Source of the DNA: a plasmid
Sequence record: NZ_OX291475.1
Strand: one strand, 5' to 3'
Length of the DNA: 64,000 nt
The notes below the pieces were generated by a model. It did no database searches. It was given only the letters and a program-made list of their open reading frames with translations, and was not told where the DNA came from. Within the stretch, counting starts at the first letter, position 1. Every line of letters starts with the position of its first letter. Of the stretch, positions 60,020 to 64,000 are shown piece after piece. The position numbers were made by a program, and so were the translations under genes.

Positions 60020-60036
60020 TAAATAAAGCACGCTAA
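60020..60036. repeat. Inner 17 bp of the same Tn21-type IR
   Basis: AAATAAAGCACGCTAAG. The tnpR stop codon lies inside it. Confidence 0.75.
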
Positions 60037-60590
60037 GCGTGCGTGGAGGCTGGCACCCAGCGGTACAGCGTCGGAATGGACACGCCGAGGTTCTTGGCCA
60101 CGTCCTTGGGCGGCACCCCGCTGGCCAGCAGCTTCTTGGCCGACTCGATCTTGCTGTCGGTCATCTTCGGCTTGCGGCCGCCTTTGCGGCCGAGCTGCTT
60201 GGCGACTTCCAGCCCGGCGCGGGTGCGCTCGACGGTCAGCTCGCGCTCCATTTCGGCAAGGCTCGCCATGACGTGGAAGAAGAACCGCCCGGATGGTGTG
60301 CCGGTGTCGATGGAGTCGGTGAGGCTCCTGAACTGGACACCGTGCTTGTGCAGATCGCCGACCAGATCGACCAGTTGCTTGACCGACCGGCCCAGCCGGT
60401 CGAGCTTCCAGACGACCAAAGTATCGCCTTCGCGCAGCATTTCGAGCGTCTTGGCCAAGCCAGGCCGGTCTGCCCGCGTGCCACTCACCTTGTCCTCGAA
60501 GACCTTTTTACATCCGGCCTTGCTCAAGGCTTCGCGTTGCAGCTCCAGGTTCTGATCCTGCGTCGAGACGCGCGCATAGCCAATCAACAT
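60033..60590 (-). CDS. tnpR: Serine recombinase/resolvase TnpR
   Basis: The N-terminal catalytic motif IGYARVSTQDQ is followed by a C-terminal HTH. The stop codon lies within the IR. Confidence 0.8.
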   Translation of the reverse strand: MLIGYARVSTQDQNLELQREALSKAGCKKVFEDKVSGTRADRPGLAKTLEMLREGDTLVVWKLDRLGRSVKQLVDLVGDLHKHGVQFRSLTDSIDTGTPSGRFFFHVMASLAEMERELTVERTRAGLEVAKQLGRKGGRKPKMTDSKIESAKKLLASGVPPKDVAKNLGVSIPTLYRWVPASTHA

Positions 60591-60955
60591 GGCTTGTCTC
60601 GCGCCCGGTCGATGCGTTCCTGCATCGCCTGCATCACTTCTTCGTGGGTGTACGATCTGGCGTTGGCGTCGGTGGCTTGCCGCAGGGCTTCCTCAACCTC
60701 GCGCGTCATCCGCTCGTAATCCTCCGGCCACAGCGCTTGCTCCATGCGCAGCGACGCCTGACCCAGCAGGTGCAGCAGGCTGAACAGCCGCATGTCGTTG
60801 GTGGCGACGATGCGCTCCCGAATCTGCTCCTGAATAGCTTCGCTAGCCCGATGCGCTTGTGGTGTGGCAGTCCCCTCGTAGTCAGCGGGGAATTCCGCTT
60901 CCTCGGCAATCCTTGCCCAGGCGCTGGCCAGCGCCTCGATGGTTGACGTGCTCAT
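60584..60955 (-). CDS. Hypothetical protein (123 aa) in the operon with tnpR
   Basis: ATG at 60955 with RBS AGGAG. ATGA overlap with the upstream gene. Confidence 0.4.
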   Translation of the reverse strand: MSTSTIEALASAWARIAEEAEFPADYEGTATPQAHRASEAIQEQIRERIVATNDMRLFSLLHLLGQASLRMEQALWPEDYERMTREVEEALRQATDANARSYTHEEVMQAMQERIDRARDKPC

Positions 60956-61452
60956 TTCCGCCGCTCCTGTGCTCTTTGGCGAATCAACCGGCCAAGGGGC
61001 CTCGACGCGAAAACCAGCAGCATCACGCCTATCGGATACCAGGTCGAGAAGACCACCAAGGCATCGAAGGCTGGCCGTCCGGTGTTGGTAGGCAGTACGG
61101 CGGTCACAGCCATCAACCCGCCGACCGTCCAGATGATGCGCCACACGTAGGGCATCACGCGGGGCACGTAGCCGTCATCGAAAGCGGTCTGGTAGTAGCG
61201 GCGCAGGCCGCGCTCGGCAAGCGCCTGGCGCTGCCGCTCCGACAGCGCATCCGTCCGGCCATACCAGCGCCGGAATGGTGGACAGCGCAGCAGCAAAGGG
61301 GTGAAGAGGATCATCACCGCCACGATCGCGACACCCCACGCCATGACGGCGCCGGCATCGGGCCGCTTGGCGTTCTCGATCACGGGCGCGAAGACGCCCG
61401 GAGCACCGATCATCCAGAACAGCGCAATGTGCTGATGGAAGGAGAGCTTCAT
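60952..61452 (-). CDS. Membrane protein (166 aa, four predicted TM helices)
   Basis: ATGA overlap with the upstream gene. Hydrophobic helices. Confidence 0.4.
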   Translation of the reverse strand: MKLSFHQHIALFWMIGAPGVFAPVIENAKRPDAGAVMAWGVAIVAVMILFTPLLLRCPPFRRWYGRTDALSERQRQALAERGLRRYYQTAFDDGYVPRVMPYVWRIIWTVGGLMAVTAVLPTNTGRPAFDALVVFSTWYPIGVMLLVFASRPLGRLIRQRAQERRK

Positions 61453-61775
61453 TTGCTCATCCACTTGCGCAGCAGGCGCTTTTTCAGGGAGGCGCGTTCT
61501 TGCGGGTTGCGTCCCTTGTGATTGGCGATGCGATCCGCCGTGGCGGCCTGGCGCTTGACGGGCCAGTAGGAGCGGCCATCCTTGCCCATCGACCAGACGC
61601 TGCTGGCCTGGTTTTCCAGCAGGGGCAGATGGGCGCTCAGGGCTTCGGGCGACGCGCTGGTCAGCGCCGTGCGCTCACGGGTGCGCCAGCGCTGATGCCA
61701 GAGCTTCTTGTCCTCGCGCTCGCTGCCGCAGGTCGTGTGCCCGACGATGGGTGTTTTGCGGCGGCTGCGGCTCAT
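61449..61775 (-). CDS. Hypothetical basic protein (108 aa)
   Basis: It is the first gene of a four-gene leftward operon ending in tnpR. Confidence 0.35.
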   Translation of the reverse strand: MSRSRRKTPIVGHTTCGSEREDKKLWHQRWRTRERTALTSASPEALSAHLPLLENQASSVWSMGKDGRSYWPVKRQAATADRIANHKGRNPQERASLKKRLLRKWMSK

Positions 61776-62029
61776 AACGTAGTGGTCTCCAAGAACATTC
61801 AGGACTGATCCCAGGCGTCGATGGTCAAGACCTGATCGGCAGGACAGGCGGCTACGCGGTCGGGAACTGGATGGTGTTCAGTCTCATGCCGACCCCATTC
61901 GATTGATCGCGTCGCTTGCGGCACGCTGCGACGCAAGGAGGTTTGCGACCTGGTTTAGCAGCCGTGTCCGCTGCATGTCTGTTACCTATCTCCCCGACCG
62001 CTCATTGGACCAACTCCAGAGATTGGGCT

Positions 62030-62386
62030 CTATCGCTCAGCCAATACGAAACCGGCATTGGCTGATGCCACAACCGAGACTAACACAAATGGCTCGGTAC
62101 CTGTATTTCGCGCCCCGTGCACTTGGCCCGGTCTTGCCACGGCTATCTCACCTTCCCTGAGGGCACGAACAATCCCATTGCCCTGAAAGTAATCAGCCAT
62201 TCCCGACAAAACAGTCCACGTGTCTTGGCCGTGAGGATGAATGTGAGCCGCAATTTCCTGCCCGGGATGGACATGCCAAACCACGATAATTGAGTCTCGG
62301 GTTTCAAGCACAACGGAACGAATAGGCTCGCCTTCGGACGGCTGAACATACTCGGCTACAGAAAATATTCTCGATTCAACAGTCAT
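62030..62386 (-). CDS. Cupin-domain protein (~118 aa)
   Basis: The two cupin motifs are H-x-H...E and G...H (HVHPGQEIAAHIHPHGQDTW, GQVHGARN). The preferred start has RBS GAGGGA. Confidence 0.5.
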   Translation of the reverse strand: MTVESRIFSVAEYVQPSEGEPIRSVVLETRDSIIVVWHVHPGQEIAAHIHPHGQDTWTVLSGMADYFQGNGIVRALREGEIAVARPGQVHGARNTGTEPFVLVSVVASANAGFVLAER

Positions 62387-62777
62387 CGGAGATCCCTCTT
62401 TCACAGTTGTCGTTACGGTCTTCATCGTCGGCATCCTGACGCACGGCGGGCAATTGCTGGAGCAACGCCGGCAGCCATTCCTGTACCGTCTCCCACACCA
62501 CATCGAGGTTGATGTCGAAATAGCCGTGAGCCATGCGATTACGCATATTGCGCATGCTGCGCCACGGCACGTCGGCATGCGCCTGGGTGAACTCGACGTA
62601 GCCATCCATCACCTTTGTGGCCGCCTCGCCGATGACGATCAGGCTCATGATGACGGCCTGCTGGGTGCGCTTGTCGGCCAAGAAGTCGTCCTTGGCCATC
62701 CCTTCCACGAAGCTGCGCGCATCGGTTGCGGCCTGCTGAATGTGGTCGAGGTAATCGGGCAGGCGGTTCTCGCTCAT
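62376..62777 (-). CDS. hepT: HepT-like HEPN toxin (DUF86)
   Basis: R-x4-H-x-Y motif MRNRMAHGYF. 133 aa. ATGA overlap with mntA. Confidence 0.75.
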   Translation of the reverse strand: MSENRLPDYLDHIQQAATDARSFVEGMAKDDFLADKRTQQAVIMSLIVIGEAATKVMDGYVEFTQAHADVPWRSMRNMRNRMAHGYFDINLDVVWETVQEWLPALLQQLPAVRQDADDEDRNDNCERGISDDC

Positions 62778-63064
62778 ATCGGTTGCGCCTCCGCGAGCAC
62801 CTTGGCCCGGAACTTCGGCGGCAGGTCGCCGGGAGTCAGCAGATCGACGTCAACGCCGAGCAGCGATTTCAGTTCTTCTTCCAAATCGCCCAAGTCCAAC
62901 AACGTGGCACCGGGCAGCGCATCGACCAACAGGTCGAGGTCGCTGCCATCCCGGTCGGTGCCATGCAGCACCGAGCCGAAGACGCGCGGGTTCGCGGCGC
63001 GAAAGCGGCCTACCGCTTCACGCACTGCGCTTCGCTTCATGTCAAGCACAACAGACGGTCGCAT
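62774..63064 (-). CDS. mntA: MntA-like minimal nucleotidyltransferase antitoxin
   Basis: Motif GSVLHGTDRDGSDLDLLV (GS...D-x-D). Confidence 0.75.
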   Translation of the reverse strand: MRPSVVLDMKRSAVREAVGRFRAANPRVFGSVLHGTDRDGSDLDLLVDALPGATLLDLGDLEEELKSLLGVDVDLLTPGDLPPKFRAKVLAEAQPI

Positions 63065-63222
63065 GCGCATCCTTTCTTATCGAAACTCGTTGAGATGATA
63101 TGCAATCAAGAATAGAATTTCAAGAACTATTTTCGAGAATCGCAATGCCTTGATTCCCGTGCCGCGCCGGTTGCCTTGGCGGGCTTGTCACAAACCTACG
63201 TTTTCAAGAAGAAGGAAACCGC
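63065..63222. promoter_or_regulatory. Divergent promoter region (possible res site) between mntA-hepT and tnpA
   Basis: A 158-bp intergenic stretch separates divergent genes. In Tn3-family transposons TA modules sit next to res. Confidence 0.3.
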
Positions 63223-64000
63223 ATGCCCCGCCGTTCGATCCTCTCCGCCGCCGAGCGCGAAAGCCTGCTGGCGTTGCCGGACACCAAGGATGAGTTGATC
63301 CGTCACTACACGTTCAGCGAAAGCGACCTCTCCATCATCCGGCAGCGGCGCGGCCCGGCCAATCGGCTGGGCTTCGCGGTGCAGCTCTGCTACCTGCGCT
63401 TTCCCGGCGTCATCCTTGGCGCTGATGAGCCACCGTTCCCGCCATTGCTGAGACTGGTCGCCAACCAGCTCAAGGTCGGCATCGAAAGCTGGGACGAGTA
63501 CGGGCAGCGTGAGCAGACCCGACGCGAGCACCTGGTCGAGCTGCAAACGGTGTTCGGCTTCCAGCCGTTCACGATTGGCCACTACCGGCAGGCTGTCCAG
63601 TTGCTGACCGAGCTGGCCATGCAAACCGACAAGGGCATCGTGCTGGCCAGAGCCTTGATCGAGCACCTGCGGCGGCAGTCGGTCATTGTGCCCGCCCTCA
63701 ACGCCGTCGAGCGGGCGAGCGCCGAAGCGATTACCCGCGCCAACCGGCGTCTCTACGACGCCTTGGCTGAGCCGCTGACGGACGTGCATCGCCGTCGCCT
63801 CGACGATCTGCTCAAGCGCCGCGACAACGGCAAGACGACGTGGCTGGCCTGGCTGCGGCAATCCCCGGTCAAACCGAACTCGCGGCACATGCTGGAACAC
63901 ATCGAACGCCTCAAGGCGTGGCAGGCGCTCGACCTGCCCTCCGGCATCGAGCGGCTGGTTCACCAGAACCGGCTGCTCAAGATCGCCCGCGAGGGCGGCC
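63223..64000 (+). CDS. tnpA: Tn21-type Tn3-family transposase TnpA, N-terminal 259 codons (continues beyond the window)
   Basis: RBS AAGGAA plus ATG. MPRRSILSAAERESLLALPDTKDELIRHYTFSESDLSIIRQRRGPANRLGFAVQLCYLRF... is open to the window end. It is not in the ORF track because no stop lies in the window. Confidence 0.85.
   Translation, partial: MPRRSILSAAERESLLALPDTKDELIRHYTFSESDLSIIRQRRGPANRLGFAVQLCYLRFPGVILGADEPPFPPLLRLVANQLKVGIESWDEYGQREQTRREHLVELQTVFGFQPFTIGHYRQAVQLLTELAMQTDKGIVLARALIEHLRRQSVIVPALNAVERASAEAITRANRRLYDALAEPLTDVHRRRLDDLLKRRDNGKTTWLAWLRQSPVKPNSRHMLEHIERLKAWQALDLPSGIERLVHQNRLLKIAREGG

Larger units (their letters stand above)
58679..64000. mobile_element. Tn21-subgroup Tn3-family transposon (Tn-2), left end to the window edge; it carries tnpR, three passenger ORFs, a cupin gene, hepT-mntA and tnpA
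   Basis: A GC-rich block is bounded on the left by the 38-bp IR. TnpA is nearly identical in layout to Tn21 TnpA. It continues past 64000. Confidence 0.6.

Noticed and set aside
63196-63963. 255-aa ORF on the - strand at the right edge.
   Set aside because: It is antisense to the Tn21-type tnpA N-terminus, which is clearly the real gene. It is a GC-rich frame artefact.
1-64000. Search for CRISPR arrays, rRNA or tRNA genes, and integron attC/attI.
   Set aside because: No short regularly spaced direct repeats, no tRNA-like cloverleaf candidates and no rRNA-like segments were noticed. The only regular repeats are the par iterons and the long R1-R7 elements.

Overview
This window is part of a large conjugative plasmid-like element from an enterobacterium. 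It has four parts. (1) 1-19.4 kb on the + strand is an IncI/IncL/M-like (MPF-I type) type IV secretion operon. Recognisable members are a VirB10/TraO-like protein, a VirB4/TraU ATPase, a TraY-like polytopic membrane protein, an ExcA-like exclusion gene, a TrbB DsbC-like thioredoxin, the TrbC/VirD4 coupling protein and a Nuc endonuclease. (2) 20.3-22.9 kb holds nikB-nikA (relaxase plus RHH accessory protein) on the - strand and a predicted oriT. (3) 22.9-39.7 kb is a classical leading/establishment region, and every gene is on the - strand (transcribed toward oriT). It carries a DUF932 gene, higBA, psiB-psiA, a ParB-like nuclease, klcA/ardB, a DUF1281-like gene, parMR with parC iterons, an HsdM-like methylase and several unknown genes. 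Almost every transcription unit here is preceded by a member of a family of long (0.2-0.55 kb) GC-rich structured repeats. Two of them, R2 at 25683-26130 and R6 at 36263-36716, share about 435 bp with a single mismatch. A parA/parG partition operon follows at 37.85-38.8 kb. (4) 39.8-52.1 kb is an accessory defence-like island. It contains an internally deleted tyrosine recombinase remnant, an AT-rich insert, and an intact recombinase translationally coupled to a putative HEPN protein. It also has a Ppl-like PHP-ATPase with two small coupled genes, and three consecutive RN-x3-H (HEPN-motif) proteins, one of them Abi_2/AbiD-F-like. Downstream are yedK, a LexA-box umuD, and a umuC truncated by nested Tn3-family transposons. 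Both transposons have an IS1111/IS4321-like element inserted in their 38-bp IR. The second transposon carries tnpR plus passenger genes reading into the IR, hepT-mntA next to tnpA, and tnpA itself runs off the window end. No rRNA, tRNA or CRISPR was seen. The most interesting signals are the repeated structured elements upstream of the leading-region genes (hypothesised single-strand promoters), the uncharacterised leading-region genes, and the recombinase-associated multi-HEPN/Ppl island.
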